64,000 nt of DNA, from NCBI RefSeq assembly GCF_009914755.1, contig NC_060928.1; one strand, written 5' to 3'. The translations under genes and the position numbers were made by a program. Positions 61,560-64,000 of the stretch are shown here, piece after piece. The DNA is from the human T2T-CHM13v2.0 reference genome, Homo sapiens. The notes below the pieces were generated by a model. It ran no database searches. It was not told the origin of the DNA and saw nothing but the letters and a program-made list of their open reading frames with translations. Position 1 is the first letter of the stretch, and each line of letters begins with the position of its first letter.

Positions 61560-64000
<2,441 letters not shown>

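Overview
AT-rich, CpG-depleted primate DNA (human or another catarrhine, judged from AluJ/S/Y, L1PA/PB, THE1, MER4 and Hsmar1). It is intronic or intergenic. I found no recognisable host protein-coding exon, RNA gene, CpG island or prokaryote-type system, and essentially every ORF in the track lies in a decayed repeat or is a chance ORF. Main contents: 17 Alus (15 on +); a full-length dead Hsmar1 mariner inside an L2; an L1PB 3' part; several solo LTRs (THE1D, LTR8A, MER4A1, MLT1/MLT2); a ~15.7-kb old L1MC carrying at least ten nested younger insertions, including a near full-length L1PA; a twin-primed, 5'-inverted L1MA with a later ~197-bp inverted self-copy; and an ERVL gag-pol remnant at the right end. 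I found no new biological system. The most interesting signals are records of mutational mechanism: one L1 endonuclease site used twice, an in-frame ORF1-ORF2 fusion deletion, two template-switch events, and excess decay of the Hsmar1 ITRs. A few weak exon or enhancer candidates lie in the repeat-poor 22-32 kb stretch. Subfamily names come from remembered consensus sequences and need RepeatMasker/Dfam confirmation.
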